Source of the DNA: a virus
Taxonomy: Duplodnaviria; Caudoviricetes
IMG/VR virus record: IMGVR_UViG_3300033183_000056
Span: 1 to 58,929 of that record
Direction: 5' to 3' (one strand)
Length of the DNA stretch: 58,929 bases
Each line of letters opens with the position of its first letter. Position 1 is the stretch's first letter. The position numbers were made by a program, and so were the translations under genes. Below the pieces are notes generated by a model that worked only from the letters and a program-made list of their open reading frames with translations, searched no databases and had not been told where the DNA came from. Shown in pieces: positions 19,411 through 29,322 of the stretch.

Positions 19411-20973
19411 CTATGTGCGCCAGTACGCAACCCTCTTTTGCTTTCTTGGGTTGACATCATCTTCCCAATTAGGGTCTTCTGGGTGTAGCAAGTTCCAACT
19501 ATCTTTCATATAGTGGATTGCCATTGTCATACAGTCTACTTGGTCATCGTGTGCGCCGTTTGGAAATGACATACACTCATCGTATAGGTCATCTGCGTAT
19601 TGTCTGTCCTTTGGTAGCCATACACGCCCTGATTCCATCATGGGAGTTGACGCATATACACGAGCAACCTTGTCTCTGTCTGGTAAATAATCCAGAACAG
19701 GCAAGCCTGCCCTGCGCATATCCTGAATCAAAGACTGACCAGAGGCTTTTTTCTCAATAATACACACGTCAGGCCGATAATCTTGGTAAAGTTCTTGGGC
19801 TAACCTGCGTAACTCTGGATATTCAAACCTTCCCCTGACATTACCAAGCAGTATCAGGTTTGACGTAAAGGTTTCACCACCATATTCGTCCTTTTCATAG
19901 TTAGAAAAGATGCCCCACGTCTGAATGACACTGTAATCGGCAGTACGTCTTGTACTAAATGCTGTATCATAGGTCTGAATTATGAAGTCACAAGACGGAG
20001 GGTCTTCATATTCCCACCATTTGAACCATCTTTTCTTAATAATACCGCCATCATCAGGCGATGGGTCCTGCATATACAGAGAGTTCCAGTATCTCGCACC
20101 GTTTGTTGCTCTGATTTCTTGCTCGTCTACCCTTAGAACTTCATCTGGCTTCCATTCTGGAAAATATGACGTACCAACTGGGAGGTCTAGCAACTCCGCC
20201 GCGACTTCATCAAGCCAGGCAGGTATCGAAATAACTTCCCAGGGGTTGGTTGTTTCTTCTACTACTGATTCCTGCTTTAAAAGCCAACCACAAAGGTCAT
20301 CATAATGGTATCTTGTGTTGATAATAATGATGGCTCCGTTCGGCATGATACGAGTACGCAAGCCTGCAGGATACCATTCCTTGATATATCTACGACCTGC
20401 TTCACTAAAACTGTCCTCTTCCGACATAACGTCATCAAGAAGCGCAACGTGCGCACCACGACCTGCTACCTGACTGCGAACACCTGCTGCATAATAAGAA
20501 CCATTCTTGTTTGTCTTCCATTTACCTGCTGCCTTTACGTCACTACGCAAAGACACACCTTTAAAAATCTTTTGAAACCGTTCAGTGTTTACAATGTCAC
20601 GGACTGTTCGACCAAAGTCACTTGCAAGTTGGTCAGAGTGTGATACAGACATAATCTCATGGTTAGCAAAGTTACCAATGTACCATGCTGGAAACAATTT
20701 GCTACAGATTACTGACTTGGAAGAACGTGGTGGTAAAAACACCATTAATCGTTTTGTTCTTCCTTCTACTACTCCTTGGAGTTTGTCACATAACAATTCA
20801 ATGTGTCTGCCCATCTTAAAATCAGATACAATGGTAGGTGCAAATATCTTAACAAATGTCAAGAAATCTGTTTTTGCTTTGGTGTCGTTATATAGTTTTA
20901 GATTGTCTCGTAAGTTAATATACGTTGACACACCAGAAAGTTCTGGGAGTTCGTTCAAACTATTATTCAACAT
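19411..20973 (-). CDS. terL: Terminase large subunit
   Basis: PPRSSKS Walker A, GRGAH..LLDD, YMQDP, DTAFS..ADYS, FPNGAHDDQVD. Confidence 0.95.
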   Translation of the reverse strand: MLNNSLNELPELSGVSTYINLRDNLKLYNDTKAKTDFLTFVKIFAPTIVSDFKMGRHIELLCDKLQGVVEGRTKRLMVFLPPRSSKSVICSKLFPAWYIGNFANHEIMSVSHSDQLASDFGRTVRDIVNTERFQKIFKGVSLRSDVKAAGKWKTNKNGSYYAAGVRSQVAGRGAHVALLDDVMSEEDSFSEAGRRYIKEWYPAGLRTRIMPNGAIIIINTRYHYDDLCGWLLKQESVVEETTNPWEVISIPAWLDEVAAELLDLPVGTSYFPEWKPDEVLRVDEQEIRATNGARYWNSLYMQDPSPDDGGIIKKRWFKWWEYEDPPSCDFIIQTYDTAFSTRRTADYSVIQTWGIFSNYEKDEYGGETFTSNLILLGNVRGRFEYPELRRLAQELYQDYRPDVCIIEKKASGQSLIQDMRRAGLPVLDYLPDRDKVARVYASTPMMESGRVWLPKDRQYADDLYDECMSFPNGAHDDQVDCMTMAIHYMKDSWNLLHPEDPNWEDDVNPRKQKRVAYWRT

Positions 20974-21174
20974 TTATGTATTTGTTCCTTTTGATTTCTG
21001 ACATACATACTGTATGGAGATGACAGGAGGTGTGACACGTGCTGACACAAAGTCAATTATCATTTCTGCTACTCTTGCTTTACAAGATGTTTCATTCTGT
21101 AACAAACCTCTATTATCTGACAACTGAATACAAGAATTATCTATGAAACAAACCAATACAAGTGCTTGAAGCAT
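20974..21174 (-). CDS. Small Cys-containing protein with hydrophobic N-terminus
   Basis: AAGGA RBS, promoter upstream. Confidence 0.6.
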   Translation of the reverse strand: MLQALVLVCFIDNSCIQLSDNRGLLQNETSCKARVAEMIIDFVSARVTPPVISIQYVCQKSKGTNT

Positions 21175-21220
21175 TTTGGTTATCCTTTTATTGTGACATA
21201 ATTGTCACACTATAAAAAAA

Positions 21221-21263
21221 ATTATAACAGGCTATTGACAAGTATGCAAGTAAATGTTATAAT
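21221..21263. promoter_or_regulatory. Overlapping divergent sigma70 promoters
   Basis: + TTGACA(21235)-17-TATAAT(21258); - TTGCAT(21249)-17-TATAAT(21226); both with TG extension. Confidence 0.8.
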
Positions 21264-21304
21264 CTCTATATAAAGATAATAAGAGATAATAACAAGAAAA
21301 ATAA

Positions 21305-21379
21305 AACTTGTAACAAGTTCTAAATAACTTGTAACAAACTATATAAAACTTGTAACAAACCTTAATAAACTTGTTACAA
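21305..21379. repeat. Iteron-like array, AACTTGT(A/T)ACAA x4 at 21-bp period
   Basis: Copies at 21305, 21326, 21347, 21368. Confidence 0.9.
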
Positions 21380-21879
21380 GTTTGTTACATCTTAATAGTC
21401 TTTACAAATCTATATAGCCCCCTGCCTGTCCTCCCTGTGTTTATTAGGAACGCTAAGAACAGGTTTTTTTTATGTTCGGAGTGTTGCAAAAATGTCACAG
21501 TTATTAAAAAAATTATCTAATTGTTTTCTAAATTTCTACCATGCCCCATCAAAGGATGCCATAGATAAATGGGCAAAAACTGAGTATGGTGCAGATGCAG
21601 AGTATTTTAAATTTCTCTACAATTCTAAGAAAAAGTAAGGGATTCCTTATTGATTAGGAACCTCTTATTTTTGCAAATATGTGTCACCCCCCTTTATATA
21701 TATTAAATGCTGACAATTTTTTTTGGTAGGGGTCAACCTTATAGACTATCATATTCTCAGAAAAATGTCAATGTCAAAAATTTGACGCTGCTGGTGGTGT
21801 TTCACAATTCCTGGAATTTGTCAAGTCAAAAATTTGACAGGTTTTGTTTTACCTTATTATATTATATCAATCACACAAT

Positions 21880-21989
21880 GTTAGCCCCGTCTAACTTTTT
21901 TAGTTTTGCCTAACTATCCTCCCCTCCCCTAACAATGTTAGCCTGGCCTAACTTTCTTAGCATCGTCTAATTAGATTAGTGATGACTAA
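21880..21989. repeat. TTAG-N6-CTAA array at 19-bp period
   Basis: Copies at 21881, 21900, 21938, 21957, 21976; only the right half survives at the 21919 slot. Confidence 0.85.
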
Positions 21990-22137
21990 ATAAGTTATAT
22001 TCCACTCAGGGATTTTATTATTGTGACATTTATGTAACAGTCGTGCTGCATTTTTGCAACACTATCAATATCATACCTTATTATATATACCTTGCTAGGC
22101 TTCATCATATTTTTTTTCTTTTTCTTGTTTTTTTGTG

Positions 22138-22275
22138 TTGACAATCAAAAAAGATTATGCAATAACCTAATTAATGATTAACTATTGTTGAGGTTTTAAG
22201 GTTTTTGAGACAACAAAAAAAAAATGAAAAAAAGTTATTTTTCTTGTTGACAATCTAAAAAACCTATGATAAACC
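22138..22275 (+). promoter_or_regulatory. Tandem early sigma70-type promoters
   Basis: TTGACAATC at 22138 and 22247 with similar spacers; third copy at 22852; -10 boxes are non-consensus. Confidence 0.6.
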
Positions 22276-22305
22276 ATAAAGACAATATCAAAAGAGGTTA
22301 AGAAA

Positions 22306-22500
22306 ATGGCAAGGCAAAAAAGACTAGGAAAAAGAGAGAGACAACAAGATAGGCTCTTGCGTCAATCTCACAACATACCAGCCATAACCAATAATTCATC
22401 ATGGTGGGCTAGGCACGCTGGCAGGGTTTGCCAAAACACAAAATATGAATATCGGGAAAATAAGTTCAACGAGGTAATAAGAGAGGCATTATATAAATAA
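22306..22500 (+). CDS. First early protein, basic
   Basis: GAGG RBS after tandem promoters. Confidence 0.65.
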   Translation: MARQKRLGKRERQQDRLLRQSHNIPAITNNSSWWARHAGRVCQNTKYEYRENKFNEVIREALYK

Positions 22501-22559
22501 CATATTGTCAAGAAATTGACACTAGGCTTGATGGTGGATACCTCGCCTAGACGATGGGA

Positions 22560-22912
22560 AAGATTAGACTAGGCTTGCAATGGTGCAAGAACCTGCTGCC
22601 GAAACTCGGCCAGGCATCTCTCAACATGGAGACTAGACTATGTTTGTAATTCTCGCAACAAAACCACTTAATGATGGGACTAAAGGCTTTCGTTTTAATT
22701 TCCTAGGTAAAAAGGGGATTTTGCGGATTCGTAAAAAGTCCCATGGCTGGAATACTCGCAATGGTAAATCATGCTTTATTCGTAATATGGGCAAGGTTTA
22801 TCTAGCGACTGAAAAGCCTTGGAATTATAAAAAATTCTATCATTTTGCAGGTTGACAATCTATGCTCTGCAATGGTATTAATAAAATATCATTGCAAGCC
22901 TAGTCTAATCTT
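22560..22912. repeat. Perfect 23-bp inverted repeat (22560-22582 / 22890-22912)
   Basis: AAGATTAGACTAGGCTTGCAATG and its exact reverse complement. Confidence 0.92.
22640..22855 (+). CDS. 71-aa basic early protein
   Basis: GGAG RBS; enclosed by the inverted repeat. Confidence 0.7.
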   Translation: MFVILATKPLNDGTKGFRFNFLGKKGILRIRKKSHGWNTRNGKSCFIRNMGKVYLATEKPWNYKKFYHFAG

Positions 22913-22927
22913 GAAAGGGAAAACGCT

Positions 22928-23527
22928 ATGTTTCAAAATCATCAGACTAAAATCAGCCAGGCGGCAATCAACGACAAGTCTGGCAAAATGCTTGGCAAGG
23001 TTATGACAATGGTCATATTGTCAATTCAGCAACCATGGTTTAACATTGAAACAATGATGTTAGATGTTGAACACAATGGCATCGAATCTAAATATTTATG
23101 GGGCATGAAACATGATGCCTATAAATATATCTTGCGGAATCGTAAAGATATTCATAAGTCTTTTCTTTCCTATCTTGACGGCAAAATGGAATTATCGGAA
23201 TTGCTATTGATAGTCGCATCTTGTCCTAGTCTTGGATTAGTCAAGGCTGGGTTTGTAATTCAATTAGTAATAGGCGAAATAGGATGCTTAGACTTGCATA
23301 ACCTACGCCGATTTGGATTATCAGCGTTAACATTCAAATATGGTGCCAATGCAACATATGCTCTAATGAAGCGCAAGGCTGAATTATATATTGAGACTTG
23401 CAATAAATTAGGCGGATGTGAATATCTATGGGATTCATGGTGCGACTATCTGGCGGAGAAAAACCCAAATAAATTCCGCAATGGTTATCATGTATCAGAA
23501 TTACACGCAAGCGCAATGGGGGTATAA
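22928..23527 (+). CDS. HhH-superfamily DNA glycosylase-like protein
   Basis: CPSLGLVKAGF..GCLDLHNLR resembles the HhH-Lys plus D.H motif of Ogg2-type enzymes. Confidence 0.55.
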   Translation: MFQNHQTKISQAAINDKSGKMLGKVMTMVILSIQQPWFNIETMMLDVEHNGIESKYLWGMKHDAYKYILRNRKDIHKSFLSYLDGKMELSELLLIVASCPSLGLVKAGFVIQLVIGEIGCLDLHNLRRFGLSALTFKYGANATYALMKRKAELYIETCNKLGGCEYLWDSWCDYLAEKNPNKFRNGYHVSELHASAMGV

Positions 23528-23529
23528 TC

Positions 23530-24717
23530 ATGGCAGTAATAAAGATAAAAGCATCATGGTCAGATGATTTTCATCTATCAATAGGCGATGAATTTGGATA
23601 TTTGGAAACATTACCATCACGAAAATTGAAGAATGGTAAGACTGTATATTTCAGTAATCCTGTAATAATAAAAGATACGGCAGAATTGAAAACAGTCTTG
23701 CAACAATTCCAAAGCGGTAATCTTACGGCATGGAATTGTGATGGCTATTGGGATGATGATGATGTTTGCAGGAATGGAAAACCTGTAAGAGAATGTAAAT
23801 GTTGCTGATAAAATAAAAAACCTGCAGCATTTTCAACCAGGAATTTCCTGGAGAAAGGTATTGACAAATGGAAATAATTATAGTATTACAGATTGTGTTG
23901 CCAGTAATGGTATTTGTATTAACCAATGGAGGCTAAGACATGGAACGCATCGACACAACAACACCGCATGGTCATACAACAACAATTCCAGTTGACCAAT
24001 TTTTAATGTTGATGTATGACATTGCAGAAGAAATGTTGTATCAACATTCGAGAGGCAAACAAATTTCTGATGAAAGGTTTGCTGAAATGCAAATAGAATA
24101 TGCAGTCGAAGCCAAAGAAATCTTAATCCGCAATGGTATTCTGAAAGGGGAATAATTATGGATAGACAAACAGCAAAACATCTTCGCAAAGAATTAGAAA
24201 CAATCTTTGCTAGTCATGGCATCAATGGTTTTGATATTGAAATTGGCAATGCTAGTTTCAATGATTTCGATGTAACCTTTAAGGTTGTCATCCGCCATGC
24301 TGATGCTAAACCAAAAGCCGAAAGAGAATTAGAACGCCACGCAGAATGGTATGGTCTTGACATCAATAAGATTGGAACAATTCGCGGTGACAAATATACT
24401 CTTGTCGGATACAACACAAGAGCAAGAAAACAGCCATGGATTGTTGAGAAGTTAGACATTGGCGGTAATGGTGGCAGATATAAGATTGGTGACGATACCG
24501 CTAAACGACTATTCGGAAAGGATGTTGCATAATGCTTGAACATTATAGACAGTTGATTGGGTTTCATATAGTAGGGTTTCGCTTTGAGTGTGACGAATAC
24601 GGCAATGACGAAGGCTGGCCTATCTATATGTTAAAGAACGACAAAGGCGAAGAGGTTGACCTTGTAATCTCTTGTGACCCAGAAGGTAATGGCGGTGGCT
24701 TTGCCTTCATAGAGTAG
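23530..24717 (+). other. Four early hypothetical CDSs (23530-23808, 23940-24155, 24158-24532, 24532-24717)
   Basis: Tightly packed ORFs with RBSs; promoter TTGACA-17-TATTAC at 23861-23889. Confidence 0.7.
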
Positions 24718-24727
24718 GACATTAAAA

Positions 24728-25180
24728 ATGGAATACACAGTTGATGATTACAATGTGCACATCAAGCGTGGCTATGTGCGTGAAGATGGAATGATATTGT
24801 GGGGCATCCGCAAATATAAAGGTATTCGTTATCTTGATTGGCGGACTGTCAAACAATATATAAAGTCAGTAAAGAAAAAGAAAGAGGCATCAGCCAATGT
24901 TCGCATGAAGCATAAGGCTAAACTTGATGACATTAAACTTGGCTTGGGTTGTGAGCGATGTGGTTTTGGAACACATAAGTTTCCAAAGAAATATCGTAAA
25001 CACATGGCACAGTTGCTAGACTTTGACCACATTGACCCATCAACAAAACAATATAATGTCTGTGATATGGGTGGTTATGGGTGGCAGTTAATACAGAAAG
25101 AGATTGACAAATGCCGCATTTTGTGCAAACCTTGTCACAATAAACACACCGCTAACCAAAACAGAAAGGATGTGTCATGA
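24728..25180 (+). CDS. HNH endonuclease
   Basis: CERCG..LDFDHIDP..K..EIDKC.ILC..CH..HT. Confidence 0.8.
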   Translation: MEYTVDDYNVHIKRGYVREDGMILWGIRKYKGIRYLDWRTVKQYIKSVKKKKEASANVRMKHKAKLDDIKLGLGCERCGFGTHKFPKKYRKHMAQLLDFDHIDPSTKQYNVCDMGGYGWQLIQKEIDKCRILCKPCHNKHTANQNRKDVS

Positions 25181-25303
25181 AGGATGATGATGATGGCTTT
25201 GAATTTGAAGGTATATGGATTACCAACAGAACAAAATCACCATGTGGCAGGTTTGACTTGACACAGGAACAATCTGATGAACTCTATGGAAAGGATACAG
25301 ATA

Positions 25304-26107
25304 ATGAATGTGCTGAGTTTGTTTGATGGTATGTCATGTGGCAGAATTGCTCTTGACAAACTAGGTATTCAACCAGGATTTTATTTTGCGGCGGAGATTG
25401 ATAAATACGCCATACAGATAGCAAAGAAGAACTATCCTGACACTATTCATCTTGGCGATGTGCGTGATGTGTGGTGGCCTGAATCATTTGATGGCGTAAA
25501 GATTGACCTGCTCATTGGTGGTTCGCCATGTCAAGGCTTCTCGTTTGCTGGTAATCAGTTGAACTTCGATGACCCTCGAAGTAAGTTATTCTTTGAGTTT
25601 GTGCGATTGCTAAAAGAATGTAAGCCTAAATATTTTCTGCTTGAGAATGTCCGCATGAAGAAAGAAAGCCAAGAGATTATCAGCGAATATCTAGGTGTCG
25701 AGCCTGTCGAGATTAATAGTAGTCTTGTATCGGCACAGAACCGCAAGCGTTTGTATTGGACAAACATTCCCATGGATGGATTGCCAGAAGATAAGGGCAT
25801 CAAACTGCAGGACATTCTTGAGGATGGCTATGTAGACAGAGACAAGGCGCATTGCCTAGATGCAAACTATTTCAAGGGTGGCAATCTCAAATCATACTTT
25901 GAAAAACACCGAAGACAGTTGGTGTTTAGTGATGATAGTTTCTGTGGTGTATGGCGGCATCTCTACCCAGTAGAATGTGAGCGATTACAGACTGTGCCTG
26001 ATGGATACACCGAAGGCGTGTCAAATACACAACGCTATAAGATGCTGGGTAATGGATGGACAGTTGATGTCATCACTCATATTATGAAAGGAATGGAATA
26101 TGCCTAA
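25304..26107 (+). CDS. DNA (cytosine-5) methyltransferase
   Basis: SLFDG, EID, GGSPCQ, LENV, Q.R.R.YW, ERLQ, LGNGW motifs. Confidence 0.92.
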   Translation: MNVLSLFDGMSCGRIALDKLGIQPGFYFAAEIDKYAIQIAKKNYPDTIHLGDVRDVWWPESFDGVKIDLLIGGSPCQGFSFAGNQLNFDDPRSKLFFEFVRLLKECKPKYFLLENVRMKKESQEIISEYLGVEPVEINSSLVSAQNRKRLYWTNIPMDGLPEDKGIKLQDILEDGYVDRDKAHCLDANYFKGGNLKSYFEKHRRQLVFSDDSFCGVWRHLYPVECERLQTVPDGYTEGVSNTQRYKMLGNGWTVDVITHIMKGMEYA

Positions 26108-26904
26108 GTCAATACACGAACTACTACAGGCTGACACCGAAGAAGAACTAGACAGAATGATAAAGTCTTATGAATATCGTTATCCATACCAAGGTTATGA
26201 CACAAGAGTACAGCGAAGATATGAACTGCCGCACTCTGAGAAACCTTGGGTGGCGATGATGTCTCGTTTGGATTCTTGCGATTAGGAGATTGTATAATGT
26301 TTGAAGCAAGCAAATCATACACCATTGGCGTATGGGATTTAACCTTTTGGGTTATTGATACAGACACTGATGAACCAATAACAAACGAAGATGGCACAGT
26401 AAAACTATTTGATGTGGATAACTATGACTATTCATATCTTGCAGATGGTATTGAACTTGAACATTTGAGAGAGCGTAAACATGACTAATATTATCTATGT
26501 TGACTACATTAATAATGACAACAAACTAGATACGCAAGCCTTTGAATATACAAAGAAACCTTTCTATCACTATGTAGATGATGGAGATTATGAAGGTTTG
26601 CATCTTGACGAAACCATTGCAATCGTGTATGATAAAGATAAAACAATTCAACCGATATGGTTTCGTAAACAGGCAGGAAAATGGATACCTACACCTGACC
26701 AATACTATGGAGACGAATCATGAAAGAGTTTGAAGTTTACACACAATGGCGTGGCTATTCTATCATTAGAGTACAAGCCGAAAATAAAGAAGAAGCACAG
26801 ATGATGGTGGAAGAAGGGAACTATGACCCATCGAATGAAGTCATGACAGGCAATGGATTAAATGCAGGTTATGAAGAAGAAGAAGTCTTTGAAGTCGTTG
26901 AACT

Positions 26905-26967
26905 AGGAGTAGTAAAATGAGACTTGAACTTAACACAGGAGTAGTAAAATGAGACTTGAACTTAACA
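26905..26967. repeat. 31-bp direct repeat of RBS/start region, period 32
   Basis: AGGAGTAGTAAAATGAGACTTGAACTTAACA x2. Confidence 0.95.
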
Positions 26968-27766
26968 TAAAAGAATATGATGCACCAAGAGAACATCTTA
27001 TTGAATGGCTAGGCTTGTTGCCTCATTGGGTTGTTGAATACAACCTGCTAGGTGGTGAAGACCTGGTGGAACACATGGAATCTAGTTATGGTTTTGGTAG
27101 TCTATATAAAGTTGAGGGTGAAGTATTACCTGATGGAAACTACCGCAGCCCTTATGAAGAAGACGGAGACTTGTCATGGGTAGGTAAAATGAAAACAAAA
27201 GATGGTGATGTATACTTTTATCCATACGCAATCACCGCATTACCTACAGCGAATGGATACTTTATTACAAGGATGGACTAATGTGTAAGGACTGTGAAGA
27301 AGAATTTGGATTTGCTTATGCACCAGATTGGCAAGTAGATGACATGAGGCTTGCATCTGCTTTTTATTTGGATAAATATTTACCAAAACATTTAGCAGGC
27401 GAAATTTACAGCAAAGAAGCATTAGATTTCATTGAGAAAAACAAAACAAATATCCACATATCAGCAGAGGAAGTACGAAGCGATATACATGATTCAGCAT
27501 TGTTTATAAGACACTATGTTGAACATGGTTTTACAAACACAAGTAAATGTTAGGAGTATAACAATGAATAGAATACGCCCTGTGAATCCTGTTGCTAGAG
27601 CAGTTGCCTTGACAAGACGCAGGGCATCTGTTCTTCCACCAAAGAAAGGAAAGAAATCTTACAACAGAAAGAAACTTGAATCCCCTATGAAGAACTATAT
27701 AGATGTACAGGATAGTAACAAGTTATGATTACTTGTTATTATCTTGTATCAATCTTTAATAAAGAT

Positions 27767-27795
27767 ATTATACACACAATAAAAAACATTGTCAA
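27767..27795 (-). promoter_or_regulatory. Perfect sigma70 promoter antisense to the early region
   Basis: Minus strand TTGACA-17-TATAAT; divergent + promoter TTGACT-17-TATTAT at 27809-27837. Confidence 0.8.
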
Positions 27796-28774
27796 GGAAA
27801 AAAATAAGTTGACTTATTGGATATGTTATATTATTATGTCACTGATGCTTGCATTTGCAATCATCGCTACTTTGTCAATCGTGTTTGTCAATTATTAGAA
27901 AGGTAAAACAAATGACAACATACATCAATTATAAATCACATGAAGAAATGAGTGATACAGATTACGAATACATCATGACTGTTGCAGATGATGTACCTGA
28001 GAACTTAAACATAAATGAAATAAATGATTTTCTAAATGGGATTATCTTCTATCCTTCCAGGTTTGACGAAGAAGAAGATTACATGAAAGACTTCGATGAC
28101 TATGACATCCATGAGATTATGAAAGGACTATGATAATGAGTGTCAATCTTTGGGAAAAAGACCGCAAGCGTTTGTTTCGTGAGTTGTTCCATCAATATCT
28201 TGATGAAGGCTATGACCAGAAAGAAGCAAAGCGTTTAGCAAAAGAAGAAGCCGAAGATATTATGGCAGATAATGCTGAATATATTGACAACATTAACAAG
28301 GCAATATGGGATGACTGATAAAATTATTACAGAAAAACAAATACTTATGGACAATGTTCATGAACTCCAGAGACATCTGCAGCAGGCATACAAAAAGATT
28401 GCAGAACTACATGAGCAGTTAGAAAAATGTTTAGCAGAAAAGGATAGCAAGAATGTTGCTTCATGAATTTTACGGACAGGATGGTAATTCAAATCGCAAG
28501 GCAACAGTATACAAGGATGGCGATTCATATCTTGTATACATGATGCGTGACATGGCAGTCATTGAAGAGCGTAGAATTACAGGACGCAGTGAGCAGTATG
28601 CTGAAGACTGTGCAGAGAATTGGGTACTAGGAGTAATCAAATGAACACATACAAAGTGATTGCAACAATCGAAGTTACAGTAGAGGCTGAAGACCACGAA
28701 GAAGCAGAGGCTATTGGTCTTGATGGTTTATGCTGGACAAATGCTGACATTGAAGTGTTAGAGGAGACAGACGA

Positions 28775-29320
28775 ATGAATAGGTTTATCATTGACCACCA
28801 TCCAGTAGGTATTGCAAGACAGTTGTGTGACAAGCATATTGTTAAGATGCCGCTGGAAGAAGCACAGATGTTATGTACAGTTGTAAGAAAGTATGCACCT
28901 GACTACGCTGATGAACACGAACTATATAAGACTGCACATCCAAAACATCCCTGCACTATTTGGGCAGGTGAAACTCGTGCAAACTTTATGTTTGCTTATA
29001 CTCTGTATGATGCAATGCTAGAAGAATACAAGTATCGTTACCATCGTGACCATGGCGCAGGTAATCCAAGCGTTACCAATCCAAAGGCCACACGCTACCA
29101 CCTTCTTGATGCCGCCAAACACATCCCCGAAGGTGGACTTACTAAACATCCTGAATGTTTCAGTGAGCATACACATCTTGTAACAAAAGAACCTTGGCCT
29201 GTTTCTTCTTATCGTGCCTTTTACATTATTGACAAGATGCGAATAGCAGAGTATAATAACGGACGTGAGATGCCATTGTGGTTAGCCGAAGCAAAATACA
29301 ACTTAGAAGGGACTATGTAA
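28775..29320 (+). CDS. Pyrimidine-dimer DNA glycosylase (T4 endonuclease V-like)
   Basis: CDKHIVKMPLE.AQML.T..YK..H..HPCTIWA..EY.YRY...H. Confidence 0.75.
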   Translation: MNRFIIDHHPVGIARQLCDKHIVKMPLEEAQMLCTVVRKYAPDYADEHELYKTAHPKHPCTIWAGETRANFMFAYTLYDAMLEEYKYRYHRDHGAGNPSVTNPKATRYHLLDAAKHIPEGGLTKHPECFSEHTHLVTKEPWPVSSYRAFYIIDKMRIAEYNNGREMPLWLAEAKYNLEGTM

Positions 29321-29322
29321 AG

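Larger units (their letters stand above)
26100..28778 (+). other. Cluster of about 12 small early hypothetical CDSs (26100-26285, 26297-26488, 26481-26723, 26720-26920, 26949-27281, 27281-27553, 27564-27728, 27912-28133, 28130-28318, 28311-28466, 28453-28644, 28641-28778)
   Basis: Overlapping ATGA/TAATG junctions and RBSs. Confidence 0.7.

Noticed and set aside
21305-21989. CRISPR array
   Set aside because: Repeats of 12-14 bp with 5-9-nt gaps are far too short; no cas operon
22560-22912. Retron ncRNA or IS/MITE ends
   Set aside because: No reverse transcriptase or transposase in the genome; no target-site duplication seen
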